Shown here: one piece after another, positions 36,203 to 45,505 of the stretch
Layout: each line of letters begins with the position of its first letter
How positions within the stretch are numbered: the stretch's first letter is position 1
Assembly (NCBI GenBank): GCA_011192015.1
Contig: DUET01000025.1
Location: 18,539-82,538, forward strand
From: Anaerolineae bacterium
GTDB lineage: Bacteria; Chloroflexota; Anaerolineae; Anaerolineales; E44-bin32
Reading direction: 5' to 3'
DNA length: 64,000 bases
Position numbers and translations under genes: made by a program
Notes under the pieces: model-generated
Databases searched by the model: none
The model's input: only the letters and a program-made list of their open reading frames with translations
Told to the model about the DNA's origin: nothing

Positions 36203-37278
36203 GAAAGGCTTTTCTTCCTACCATCCTCGCATTCTTCATCGTTGCAGCCTTCGTGATCACGATCCTTGCCACGCATGCTTGGGATCCGATGGCCTTCGTG
36301 CTGGAGCGGCCTGGCGATGTTCCCGACGATCAGACATGGGGTATCGGCTACGATGGGCAGCAAGCTTATGCCATCGCCGTGGATCCATTGGGGGCATCAT
36401 CCAAGCTGGATCATCCTGCCTATCGCTACCAGCGAATTCTCTATCCGATGCTTGCACGCATCCTTGTATTGGGTGTCGAGGATTTGATCCCTTGGAGTTT
36501 ACTCGTCGTGAACATGCTGGCGGCGTGCGCCGGCGTGTTCTTCGTATCGCAGCTGCTCATCGAACGCGGCGTCAGCGTTTGGTGGGCGCTGGTGCCTCTC
36601 CTCTCGTTCAACTATCTGATCAGCATGCGTTTGGATTTGAACGAGCCGCTGGCTTACGCCCTTGCCCTGGGAGGTCTTTGGGCCTTCGAGCGCAAGCGAA
36701 TGGGCTGGGCGTTGGTGGCATTTGGTCTGGCTGGGTTGGCGCGGGAAGCCGCGCTTGTGTTTCCGATCGGTTTGGTGCTCTGGTTGTGGCTGAAGCGGAG
36801 ATGGCGCTCCGGGGCGGCCATCCTTGCTGCAAGCGCCTTGCCCTATGTGGGCTGGGCGCTATGGGTGTCTCGTTGGTTGGGGAAATCCCCCTTTGCGACT
36901 ACACTGGCAAAACCGCTGGTCATTCCCTTCGCAGGGCTCTTCGTCATGGAAGGCGTCGAAGGCAGGGTGATGGTCGGGATTTGGGCTGTCCTTCCAGCGC
37001 TGATCGGAGGCGCGGCGGGATTGGTGCATTTGATGCGGAATCGATCTGCATTGGAATCCCCGGAAGGATTACTCGTACTGACCAACGCCGCACTTATCGC
37101 CATACTGCCTTCGCCGACTTGGGTGGATGCATTGGCGGTACTTCGCCTGGGTGTTGGATTGATGATCGCGCTCCTGCTTTGGTTGGCGAGAGCGCGCCCG
37201 TCATGGCTGCTTTTCACTGCCGGTTTGTGGGGACCTTCGCTGCTGCTTCTGTTCATGATCCCGGGGTTCATACGATGA
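36199..37278 (+). CDS. Polytopic membrane protein 4 (GYDGQ-x-Y / YRYQRILYP motif), glycopolymer-assembly-like
   Basis: The ATG overlaps the upstream stop (ATGA). WGIGYDGQQAYAIAVDP and HPAYRYQRILYP lie in the first loop. About 359 aa, about 9 TM segments. Confidence 0.65.
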   Translation: MRKAFLPTILAFFIVAAFVITILATHAWDPMAFVLERPGDVPDDQTWGIGYDGQQAYAIAVDPLGASSKLDHPAYRYQRILYPMLARILVLGVEDLIPWSLLVVNMLAACAGVFFVSQLLIERGVSVWWALVPLLSFNYLISMRLDLNEPLAYALALGGLWAFERKRMGWALVAFGLAGLAREAALVFPIGLVLWLWLKRRWRSGAAILAASALPYVGWALWVSRWLGKSPFATTLAKPLVIPFAGLFVMEGVEGRVMVGIWAVLPALIGGAAGLVHLMRNRSALESPEGLLVLTNAALIAILPSPTWVDALAVLRLGVGLMIALLLWLARARPSWLLFTAGLWGPSLLLLFMIPGFIR

Positions 37279-38474
37279 ACAAGTTCAGGAATCCATCAGC
37301 GAAGTCAAGGAATGGAGCGGACGCATATCTGCCCATGCTCAGCTTGCTGTGTGTGCGCTTCGTCATGCTGGCTGCGCTGCCCTTCGAGACCTTGATTTCC
37401 TATGGGGATTATCATCACTTCTTCAAACTTGCCCGTTTGAGCGCAGAGGGGGGCGGTCTGCCGTTTATCGGCCATTGGATCGAATTCCCTCCGCTGTTCC
37501 CGTATCTCTCCCTGGCCATCGAGCGCCTCGTCAACGGACAGTTGCATGCCTATGTGTACTCCATTGCTCTTTTGATGCTCGTCTTTGATCTGGGCAATCT
37601 TTGGCTCTTCTCGCGCCTGATCCAACGCGTTGCGGGCGAATTGCGTGGTGAGCGGATGACCTGGCTTTACATGGTGTTCCTCTCGCTGCCCGCCTTTGGA
37701 TGGTGGACGTTCGAGCCCATGGCGGTGTTCCTCATGCTGCTCTCGCTGTGGTTGATCCTGGAACGCAGACCGCTGGGCGCGGGATTGGCAGCAGGCTTCG
37801 GTTTCCTGACAAAGCTGTTTCCGGTGCTTTCCGTAGTGGTTGCCTGGCGGTTTCGTTCCAGACATATGGCGATCTGGACCACATTGACAGCTGTCGTGGT
37901 TATCGTGGCAGTGTTGGGGACGTTGTTTGCGGTCAATCCAAGCATGGCGAGCGCCTCGCTGCGTTCACAGCTCAACAAGGGATCATGGGAGACCGTCTGG
38001 GCATTGATTGATGGTAATTTCGGTACCGGCACTTTCGGCCCCCTGCAGGAACGATTGGATCCCGACTTCGCGCTTCAACCGATCGGGAAACCGGCCAGGA
38101 TCCCGCTCTGGATTCCCACGCTTGTGGCTGGATTGATCTTGCTTTGGATCTTCATCCGGGCGAAATCAGTCGACGATCGATCGGCCTTCCCCTTTCTGGT
38201 ATGCTTCTGGTGTATCCTCTTGCTCTGGTCGCGCGGTTGGAGCCCGCAGTGGGTTGCTTATTTAATCCCGCTCCTGTTTCTCTGTTTTTCCCAAAACCGT
38301 GCGCTGATCTATGGAGTAAGCTTGATCATGATCGCTTTGCTCGAGTGGCCGGTCTTACTCTCCCGCGGGCGCTTCGATCTACTCTGGCTGCCGATCATCG
38401 TACGAACCTTGTTGCTGGTCATGATGGCGGTGGAAAGTGGCTGGTCCGTTTTCCGGAAACCGGAATGGACCTAG
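37275..38474 (+). CDS. GT-C-like membrane protein 5 (DUF2029/GT87-like)
   Basis: The ATG overlaps the upstream stop (ATGA). MNKFRNPS..., with YGDYHHFFKLARL...WIEFPPLFPY after TM1. About 399 aa, polytopic. The 373 upstream codons of the 772-aa track ORF are a frame shadow of gene 4. Confidence 0.7.
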   Translation: MNKFRNPSAKSRNGADAYLPMLSLLCVRFVMLAALPFETLISYGDYHHFFKLARLSAEGGGLPFIGHWIEFPPLFPYLSLAIERLVNGQLHAYVYSIALLMLVFDLGNLWLFSRLIQRVAGELRGERMTWLYMVFLSLPAFGWWTFEPMAVFLMLLSLWLILERRPLGAGLAAGFGFLTKLFPVLSVVVAWRFRSRHMAIWTTLTAVVVIVAVLGTLFAVNPSMASASLRSQLNKGSWETVWALIDGNFGTGTFGPLQERLDPDFALQPIGKPARIPLWIPTLVAGLILLWIFIRAKSVDDRSAFPFLVCFWCILLLWSRGWSPQWVAYLIPLLFLCFSQNRALIYGVSLIMIALLEWPVLLSRGRFDLLWLPIIVRTLLLVMMAVESGWSVFRKPEWT

Positions 38475-38487
38475 CAAGGAGCCCAAC

Positions 38488-39732
38488 TTGCGTGCATTGA
38501 GATTCCTGCAGTTTCGAAGGATGATTCCCGTTTTCATCGTCCTGATGTTGCTGGCTTTGGGAATAGCGAACTACCAATTTGCGGTTCGTGCTTTGGGCGG
38601 TAACGATTTCCTGCCAGGGTGGGTGGCGGCACGCCAGTGGTTATCGGAAAGCTTCAATCCCTACGAGCCGGCGGTCAGCCAAGAAGCCCAGGAGATGATC
38701 TATGGTCGTCCTGCCAATCCGGAGGATGGGGAGACCCAGGCATTGTTTCTTTATCCACTCTGGGCGATGATCCTTTACGTCCCTCTCAGCCTGCTTCCGT
38801 ACCCTTTGGCGCTGGCTCTGTGGATGACGATCCTCGAGTTGGGATTGCCGTTCCTCATGTGGTTGGGAACGCGTTTCTTCCGATGGAAGCCATCGCCACG
38901 CATGCTTGTGGCATTGATGGTGTTTCCGATCGTCTGCTACCACGGCATTCGCTCGATTGTGATTGGGCAATTTGCCGTGGTTGAAATGCTGCTGATCGTT
39001 GCATCGCTGTTGGCAATCCAACGCCGCCAGGATGTGTTGGGAGGGGTGCTGCTGGCGCTGACGTTGATCAAACCGCAGCTATCGCTCCCGCTTATGCTCT
39101 TCATCCTCCTTTGGTCGATATCCGCGGGCAGATGGCGCCTTCTGACCACAACGCTTCTCGTTCCCATCCTGCTGCTTGTGATTTCCATTTTGGTGAACCG
39201 GGAATGGATTCTCTGGTGGCTGCGTTCGATTGTGCGCTTTGTTGAATACGTGGACATTCGGCCTCCGATCCTGGCCATCGGAGCTAATCTCTCCACCATC
39301 GGTTTCTGGGTGGCCTTGGGACTAATGATCGTGCTTGTGATCTTCATGATCCTGCAGTGGTTCAGAGCTTTCGATAAAACGGATCACTGGTTCCAATGGA
39401 CAACATCGCTGACGCTTGTGATCACAAGCCTGATCACGATACGAACCACAACAGCCAATCTCGTTTTGACCATCCCTGCGTTGATCCTCATCCTCAAGGT
39501 GTGGCTGGATCGTAAGAAGGAAGCGGGAACACGAACGGCTTGGATTGTAGCTTCGGTGTTGATGGCGATCATCTGGCTGCTTTTCTTTGTGATCCCCCAG
39601 GGGCCATTTGAACATCCCATACTCTATCTACCACTTCCGCTGTTTGCATTCATTGGCTTGTTGTGGTCGAGATGGTGGATCACAAGCGGGCCTGGCGCCT
39701 TGATCGATTCCGAACCGCTTGTGTGGGTTTGA
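38488..39732 (+). CDS. GT-C-like membrane protein 6 (DUF2029/GT87-like)
   Basis: TTG 38488 with AAGGAG 6 nt upstream. GGNDFLPGWVAARQWL follows TM1, and there is an LTLIKPQLS motif. About 414 aa, polytopic. Confidence 0.7.
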   Translation: MRALRFLQFRRMIPVFIVLMLLALGIANYQFAVRALGGNDFLPGWVAARQWLSESFNPYEPAVSQEAQEMIYGRPANPEDGETQALFLYPLWAMILYVPLSLLPYPLALALWMTILELGLPFLMWLGTRFFRWKPSPRMLVALMVFPIVCYHGIRSIVIGQFAVVEMLLIVASLLAIQRRQDVLGGVLLALTLIKPQLSLPLMLFILLWSISAGRWRLLTTTLLVPILLLVISILVNREWILWWLRSIVRFVEYVDIRPPILAIGANLSTIGFWVALGLMIVLVIFMILQWFRAFDKTDHWFQWTTSLTLVITSLITIRTTTANLVLTIPALILILKVWLDRKKEAGTRTAWIVASVLMAIIWLLFFVIPQGPFEHPILYLPLPLFAFIGLLWSRWWITSGPGALIDSEPLVWV

Positions 39733-39890
39733 AATCCAGGCGGTGGGATCGTGCTCCTGAATTCATCATGACCATCGATGCAGCGAGTGTTGTGTCCCAT
39801 CCGTCTGCTCTTCCCGCTGTATCGAATAGCAAGTAATATCCCGTTCGCTGCGCAAGGTATCGGATGTCATAGGATCCAGACCCACTTTCC

Positions 39891-39915
39891 CGCCCGCATG
39901 CCTGGGGGCGTTTTT
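39891..39915 (+). terminator. Candidate intrinsic terminator inside the 546-bp gap of the membrane-protein array
   Basis: CGCCC / GGGCG stem with a 10-nt loop, followed by TTTTT. Confidence 0.4.
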
Positions 39916-40278
39916 CGTTGCAGATAATCCCGGCAAGGGCGAATGTCCGAGTTGGCGCTGGATTGGACGAAGATCGTGTGCTTCAGAATCTCGGTATTGC
40001 GCAAAGGAGATCGACAACGGCATTCCAGCCTGAAACAAGCATCTGAATTGCTTTGGTCATTGGGCGGAGAACATGTACTATAGTGAGGAATCCGTACTGT
40101 TCTTGGGTTTCCAGGATGATATGCAGAATGATGCTCGAAGCTCGATATCCAGGGAACATGGCATGCACGATAGTTATCCCAATTCTCATGAGAGGGGACT
40201 CTCAGTTCGTGTCCTTCGATGCCGATCCTTCACTCGAATTGCCAGGCTGGAAGGTTGCGATTTTCAAGGGTGTATTCC

Positions 40279-42315
40279 ATGAGCCATGAAACGAGACCAC
40301 AAGGTGCGCGTGCTGGGCTAGAAACGGCGTGGATCCTGATCAGTGTGCTTTGGGGCATTATGGTCTTCCTGGCCTACTATGTGGTGCACAAACCGGTGAC
40401 GATCGATGAGGCGGTGGCCGTGGCCCGCCTGGCCCTGATCCTCCTCGGATGGTTAGGAACGATCGCCCTGGCCAATCTGATCGGGCAGGCGATCCAACCT
40501 CTTCTGGCGTATCTGCGCGAGAGGACTGCCTTGGCCTTGCGGACTGGCTTCGGACTTGCCGTGCTGGGGTACTTCCTGCTTGCCTTGGGTGCGGTCCGTG
40601 GGTACTGGCCGCTCGTGACCTGGATTGTGACGGGGGTGGCCCTACCGATTGCCCTGCCTAAACTGATCTCGGATATTCGCACATCATTGCCCATCCGTCC
40701 CCACACCAACATCCAGCGCGCATTGGCAGCTTTTACGGTCCTCATGCTGGTCATCGCCTTCCTGCTCGCGTTGGCTCCACCAACGGCATGGGATTCGCTC
40801 GTGTACCATCTTACAGGTCCCAAGCTGTATTTACAGGAAAGGGGATTGCATCATGATCTGGATCTTCCCTATTTGGGATTTCCCCAAGCGGGAGCGATGC
40901 TCTTCCTGTGGGGTCAGATGCTGGTGGGACCGGAGCTGGCCCAATTGATCCATCTGACGTTCGTGATCCTGACCTTGATGCTCCTCTCGCATATGGTCAG
41001 AACCTTCTCACAGACGAGCCGTTGGTTGACGGCGGCCCTGCTTCTGGGTGTTCCCACAGCGGTCATGCTGGCCTCCTGGGCTTATGTCGAGTGGATCACC
41101 ATGTTCGCTGTGTTGGCAAGTTTCCTGCTCATCCGGGAGGAAGGCGGGGGCGCTTCTGCTGGAAAGCAGGGGGATCGATGGCGGTTGTGGATGATGGCTC
41201 TGGCAGGCTTCTTCGCCGCCATGGCGTTCAACGCCAAGTACACCGCCATCGGCGCTCTTCTGGGTTTGGTGGCGGTGGTCCTGCTGGAGCGGCGTTCATG
41301 GCGAGGTTTGGGCGTGTTCATCGGTGTGGCTGTTTTGTCCGTCCTGCCCTACTTGCTGAAGAATCTGGTGCTCACAGGGAACCCGGTCTATCCCTTCTTC
41401 TTGGATGGAAAGTTCTGGGACAGCGCGCGTGCCTATTGGTACAGTCGTGGGGGAACGGGCTTGACACTCCTGCAACTGCTCATCTCTCCATGGGAAGCGA
41501 CGATCTTCGGCTTGGAGGGGGGAGTGGTGGTGGGGCATGCTCCTTATAGCGCCACGGTTGGCCCGGCTTTATTGGCTTTGATGCCGCTCCTGGCGCTGCG
41601 TTTCCGCCAACGCAACCAGGAAACGCGACGATTGCTGCGTGCCTTGCTGCTGCTTTGCGGAATTGCCTTCATCGTCTGGATCGTACAATGCGCCTCCTCG
41701 CTCCTGCTGGTTCAGACGCGCCTGCTTTTCCCGATCCTGCCGCTGGCGGCAATCCTCGCAGGAGTGGGTTTTGATAGTTTGTCCGAGAAGGGGCGATGGA
41801 CGCGGCTGGTTCACCTCATCTTTGGCACGCTGATCGGCGTGATGCTGGCGTTGAATGCCTTTGAGGGGATCATCCATGCTGTGGAGGCTTCCCCGGTACG
41901 AGTCTTGCTTGGTTTGGATACGGAGGCTGAATATCTGGCTTCACATCTGGGTGAGCATGCTTATGTGATGGCGGATGTCAATCAACTTCCGGAGGGAGCG
42001 CGCATCCGGTTCCTTTGGGAACCAAGAAGCTATTACTGTGCTGGTCATGTGATCTGCGAACCGGATGCTTTGCTCGATCGCTGGTGGCATGATCACCAGC
42101 AGTTGGCGAATCCCGGCGAGATTGCAGAGAGTTGGCGCGCAGAGGGGGTCACGCATGTCCTCATCTTCCACGCCGGCAGCCAGGCTGTCCGAGCGGAGGG
42201 CTTCGATCCTCTCAACGAAGATGCCTGGGATGCGTTGGATGAATTCATGGAAGCGCATTTGGTGAAGCTGACGCTGCGGGACGGCGGCTACGCGATTTAC
42301 GCTCTGCGTCAGTGA
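40279..42315 (+). CDS. GT-C-like membrane protein 7 (GT39-like with an N-terminal TM extension)
   Basis: About 678 aa. The motif APPTAWDSLVYHLTGPKLYL follows an N-terminal block of TM segments. There are many TM segments and a ~170-aa C-terminal soluble domain. Confidence 0.65.
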   Translation: MSHETRPQGARAGLETAWILISVLWGIMVFLAYYVVHKPVTIDEAVAVARLALILLGWLGTIALANLIGQAIQPLLAYLRERTALALRTGFGLAVLGYFLLALGAVRGYWPLVTWIVTGVALPIALPKLISDIRTSLPIRPHTNIQRALAAFTVLMLVIAFLLALAPPTAWDSLVYHLTGPKLYLQERGLHHDLDLPYLGFPQAGAMLFLWGQMLVGPELAQLIHLTFVILTLMLLSHMVRTFSQTSRWLTAALLLGVPTAVMLASWAYVEWITMFAVLASFLLIREEGGGASAGKQGDRWRLWMMALAGFFAAMAFNAKYTAIGALLGLVAVVLLERRSWRGLGVFIGVAVLSVLPYLLKNLVLTGNPVYPFFLDGKFWDSARAYWYSRGGTGLTLLQLLISPWEATIFGLEGGVVVGHAPYSATVGPALLALMPLLALRFRQRNQETRRLLRALLLLCGIAFIVWIVQCASSLLLVQTRLLFPILPLAAILAGVGFDSLSEKGRWTRLVHLIFGTLIGVMLALNAFEGIIHAVEASPVRVLLGLDTEAEYLASHLGEHAYVMADVNQLPEGARIRFLWEPRSYYCAGHVICEPDALLDRWWHDHQQLANPGEIAESWRAEGVTHVLIFHAGSQAVRAEGFDPLNEDAWDALDEFMEAHLVKLTLRDGGYAIYALRQ

Positions 42316-42364
42316 AACCAGGCTCAGTGTCCTGCAACGATGAATCGATGAGGCGATCCGTACA

Positions 42365-43903
42365 ATGTCTGAACAAGGCGTTTGTATGGCAGCGATGATG
42401 AGAAAAGCCTTGAGAGAGCCCTGGATCTTGATCCTGATCCTGCTTGTGGCGCTGCTTGTGCGTCTGCCATGCCTGACGAGCAGGCCGCTTTGGTACGACG
42501 AGGCGTTCTCGGTGCTTTTCTCGAGCCAGGGACCATCGGCGATGGCATACGGAACGCTCACGCAGGAAGCAGGAGTTGCTGCGGACATCCATCCCCTGGG
42601 CTACTACACGTTGCTCTGGCTTTGGGCAAAGATCGTGGGAACCACTCCCTTTGCCGTTCGCTCCCTTTCCCTGATACTCGGTCTGGGGATCGTCGCACTG
42701 GGGTATGGGCTGGCGAGAGAGCTATTTAGCGAGCGCATCGCCATGCTGGCAGGATGGGTGCTGGCGTTCTCGCCTTTTCAAGTGCATTACGCTCAAGAAG
42801 CACGCATGTACGCCCTGTTGGCTTTGTTCATGCTCGGGGCTACGCTGGCCTTCTGGCATGCACTACATGGCGGTTCGAACTGGTTATGGCTGGCTTTTTC
42901 CATGCTGGCTGCTGCTGGCATGTATGTACACAATCTGGCGGCTCTCTATTTGGTCTGTCTGGCACTCACGCCGTTGTTTCTCTGTCGATGGAGAGCTCTG
43001 GGAAAGACCGTGCTGGCTGGCTTGGGTGCCATTTGCCTCTACCTGCCTTGGCTGCTGCGTCTGCCCAGTCAAGTGGCACGTTTGCAGTGGGCATATTGGA
43101 TCGAGCCTCCAAGATTGACCGAACTGGTGCGGACGTTGCTGGTCTTCGTCTCCTATCTTCCCCTGCAACGATGGCTATTGCCGATTGTCTTGTTCTTGGG
43201 CATCCTGATGGTTGTCGTTGGGTGTTGGGCGACCCTGCGCGCTTTGAGAACCGTGGGGAGAAGTGGAAGGCGGGCGGTATGGCTGGTTGGTCTTTCAGGG
43301 GGGCCGGTGCTGTTGATGTTCTTGGTTTCTCAATGGCAGCCCATCTATCTCGAGAGGGCGATGCTACCCGCAGGAGCGATCTTCACCATCTGGCTGGCGT
43401 GGTGCTTAGGAACTCCTGTGCTGCCCTTGCCCGCCCGGCGGGTTGCTTGGTTGGCGCTGGGCTTGGCTTTCGTGGTGGGATTGTTCTCGCACTTTTCGTA
43501 TCTCGGGTTTCCATACGCTCCCTTTGGGGAAGTCAACGCATTGTTGCGCGAACAAGCAACGAGCGGGGAGATCGTACTGCACAGCAACAAGATCACTGCC
43601 TTACCCGCAGCCTATGACGATCCAGAAATCGAACACCGCTATCTTGCGGATCCGCAAGGAACGGGATCGGATACGCTGGCTCCTGCCACACAGCTTGTGT
43701 TGGGCATGATAGCGGATGATGACGCCGCCGGTGCTGTGGGAAGTAGTCCAGGAGTATGGTTCGTCATCTTCTCTCGGGAGATCGAGGATTATCTTGTTCT
43801 TGGATTGGAAGAACATCCTGCTCTGGGATGGCTGCAATCGGAGTTCGAGTGCAGAGATGAGTATGCGTTTGGGGAACTTCATGTCTACCACTTCATACGA
43901 TAG
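42365..43903 (+). CDS. GT-C-like membrane protein 8 (GT39/PMT_2-like)
   Basis: RLPCLTSRPLWYDEAFSVLF follows TM1. Polytopic with a C-terminal soluble domain. The start could instead be the ATGs about 30 nt downstream (MMRKAL). Confidence 0.7.
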   Translation: MSEQGVCMAAMMRKALREPWILILILLVALLVRLPCLTSRPLWYDEAFSVLFSSQGPSAMAYGTLTQEAGVAADIHPLGYYTLLWLWAKIVGTTPFAVRSLSLILGLGIVALGYGLARELFSERIAMLAGWVLAFSPFQVHYAQEARMYALLALFMLGATLAFWHALHGGSNWLWLAFSMLAAAGMYVHNLAALYLVCLALTPLFLCRWRALGKTVLAGLGAICLYLPWLLRLPSQVARLQWAYWIEPPRLTELVRTLLVFVSYLPLQRWLLPIVLFLGILMVVVGCWATLRALRTVGRSGRRAVWLVGLSGGPVLLMFLVSQWQPIYLERAMLPAGAIFTIWLAWCLGTPVLPLPARRVAWLALGLAFVVGLFSHFSYLGFPYAPFGEVNALLREQATSGEIVLHSNKITALPAAYDDPEIEHRYLADPQGTGSDTLAPATQLVLGMIADDDAAGAVGSSPGVWFVIFSREIEDYLVLGLEEHPALGWLQSEFECRDEYAFGELHVYHFIR

Positions 43904-43924
43904 CCGAAGCGTGAGACCTCAAGG

Positions 43925-45505
43925 ATGAACATGAGCCGGCGTCGATGGATCGTGCTGCTTATGTTGGGACTGTGTGTCGCAGGTTTGGGAGCCGTGTGGG
44001 TGCAAGCGCCCGGTTACATGGATGCCGACTACTACCAAGCCACGGCGGAACGTCTCGCCTCAGGGCAAGGTTTCACGGAACCCTTTCTTTGGAACTACCT
44101 GGATGACCCCAACGAAATACCGCATCCATCGCATATGTACTGGATGCCGCTGACGAGCCTCGTTGCTGCAGCACCGATGGCCATCTTTGGGATCGGTTTT
44201 CGCATTGCCCAGATTCCCTTCATTCTGCTGACCGCCGCATTGCCCTTGCTGACAGCGTCCACGGCTCTGCACCTGGGAATGGGGGAGCGCAAGGCATGGT
44301 TGGCGGGTTTGTTGGCTTGCACTTCTGGATTCTATCTGCCGTATTTCGTGACTACGGATAATTTCTCGATCTTTGCCGTTGTAGGAAGCGCTGCGCTTTG
44401 GATGATGGCGGTGGCTGTGCAACGACCGGCTGCGCATCGATGGATTCTCATTGGTGCGTTTGTTGGTTTGGCGCACATGGCGCGGGCAGATGGCTTGCTG
44501 CTATTGGTTCCAGCCATGCTCGCTGTCTGGTATGCCGGAGACAGGCGTTTCTCGGCTGCGGTACTCGTTCTGGTGGGGTATGGGGTGCTGATGGCGCCTT
44601 GGTGGACGCGCAACATCCTGCTTCTGGGGACCCCGTTACCGCAGGGAGCGAGCCGGTCGATCTGGCTGGTGCGCTACGATGAGCTTTATTCCTATCCGGC
44701 TTCGATCCTCACCCCGGAACGTTGGTGGAGTGCCGGGTGGCAGAAGCTACTCCAGGCGCGAGGTCAAGCCTTGCTATCCAATTTACAGAGCCTCCTGGCG
44801 GTGAATGGTTATGTGTTCCTTGCACCGCTGATGATCGTGGGCATCCAACGCGGTTGGAAGCGACCTCTCGTTCGCATAGCCATGACCTATCTCATCCTGC
44901 TCATGATCGTTATGAGCCTGGTCTTCCCGCATATCGGCGCTCGTGGTGGTTTCTTCCATTCCAGCGCGGCTCTGATGCCTGTGCTCTGGGTCCTGGCTGT
45001 AGAAGGTTTGGAGAGGATCGTCTCCTGGGCAGGGGAGAGGCGTGGCTGGGTACCCGAACAATCCTTGGTCGTTTTCAATACGGCAGCGATCGCGCTGGGG
45101 GCGGCTCTGGCATTGTTCGTTTATTGGGGGCGTGTGATCGGTCCTGATCCATCGCAGCCTGTTTGGTCATCATCGGATGCGCTCTACAGCGATGTCGGAG
45201 AACAGCTGAAAGCACTCGATCCCGAGCCGGGGATCGTTGCCGTGAACAATCCGCCAGGTTTTTACCGAGCCACTGACCTTGAAGCGGTTGTCATCCCGAA
45301 CGGAAATCCCGAAACCCTGTATCAAGTTGTCGAACGATACGACGTGGAGTGGATTATCCTCGAGGCCAATCATCCAGAAGCGCTGCAGGATTTCTACGCA
45401 TTGGGCGTGGATATCGATTGGCTCGAAACCGTGGTTACGCTTGCCGACCGTGAGGATCAAGCGGTGCACCTGATGCGCGTTCGGGCTTCTGAGGGGATGC
45501 CATGA
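43925..45505 (+). CDS. GT-C-like membrane protein 9 (ArnT/PMT_2-like)
   Basis: APGYMDADYYQATAERLASGQGF follows TM1. 526 aa, polytopic, with a C-terminal soluble domain. Confidence 0.7.
   Translation: MNMSRRRWIVLLMLGLCVAGLGAVWVQAPGYMDADYYQATAERLASGQGFTEPFLWNYLDDPNEIPHPSHMYWMPLTSLVAAAPMAIFGIGFRIAQIPFILLTAALPLLTASTALHLGMGERKAWLAGLLACTSGFYLPYFVTTDNFSIFAVVGSAALWMMAVAVQRPAAHRWILIGAFVGLAHMARADGLLLLVPAMLAVWYAGDRRFSAAVLVLVGYGVLMAPWWTRNILLLGTPLPQGASRSIWLVRYDELYSYPASILTPERWWSAGWQKLLQARGQALLSNLQSLLAVNGYVFLAPLMIVGIQRGWKRPLVRIAMTYLILLMIVMSLVFPHIGARGGFFHSSAALMPVLWVLAVEGLERIVSWAGERRGWVPEQSLVVFNTAAIALGAALALFVYWGRVIGPDPSQPVWSSSDALYSDVGEQLKALDPEPGIVAVNNPPGFYRATDLEAVVIPNGNPETLYQVVERYDVEWIILEANHPEALQDFYALGVDIDWLETVVTLADREDQAVHLMRVRASEGMP

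Noticed and set aside
36156-37274. N-terminal 373 codons of the 772-aa plus-strand ORF
   Set aside because: This part overlaps gene 4 (36199-37278) in another frame and translates to Arg/Gly-rich sequence. A clean ATGA-coupled start at 37275 gives a normal polytopic protein.
39920-40010. tRNA-like segment (GTCCGAGTTGG resembles a class II tRNA D-arm)
   Set aside because: I could not fold an acceptor stem or an anticodon stem around it, so it is most likely a chance similarity.
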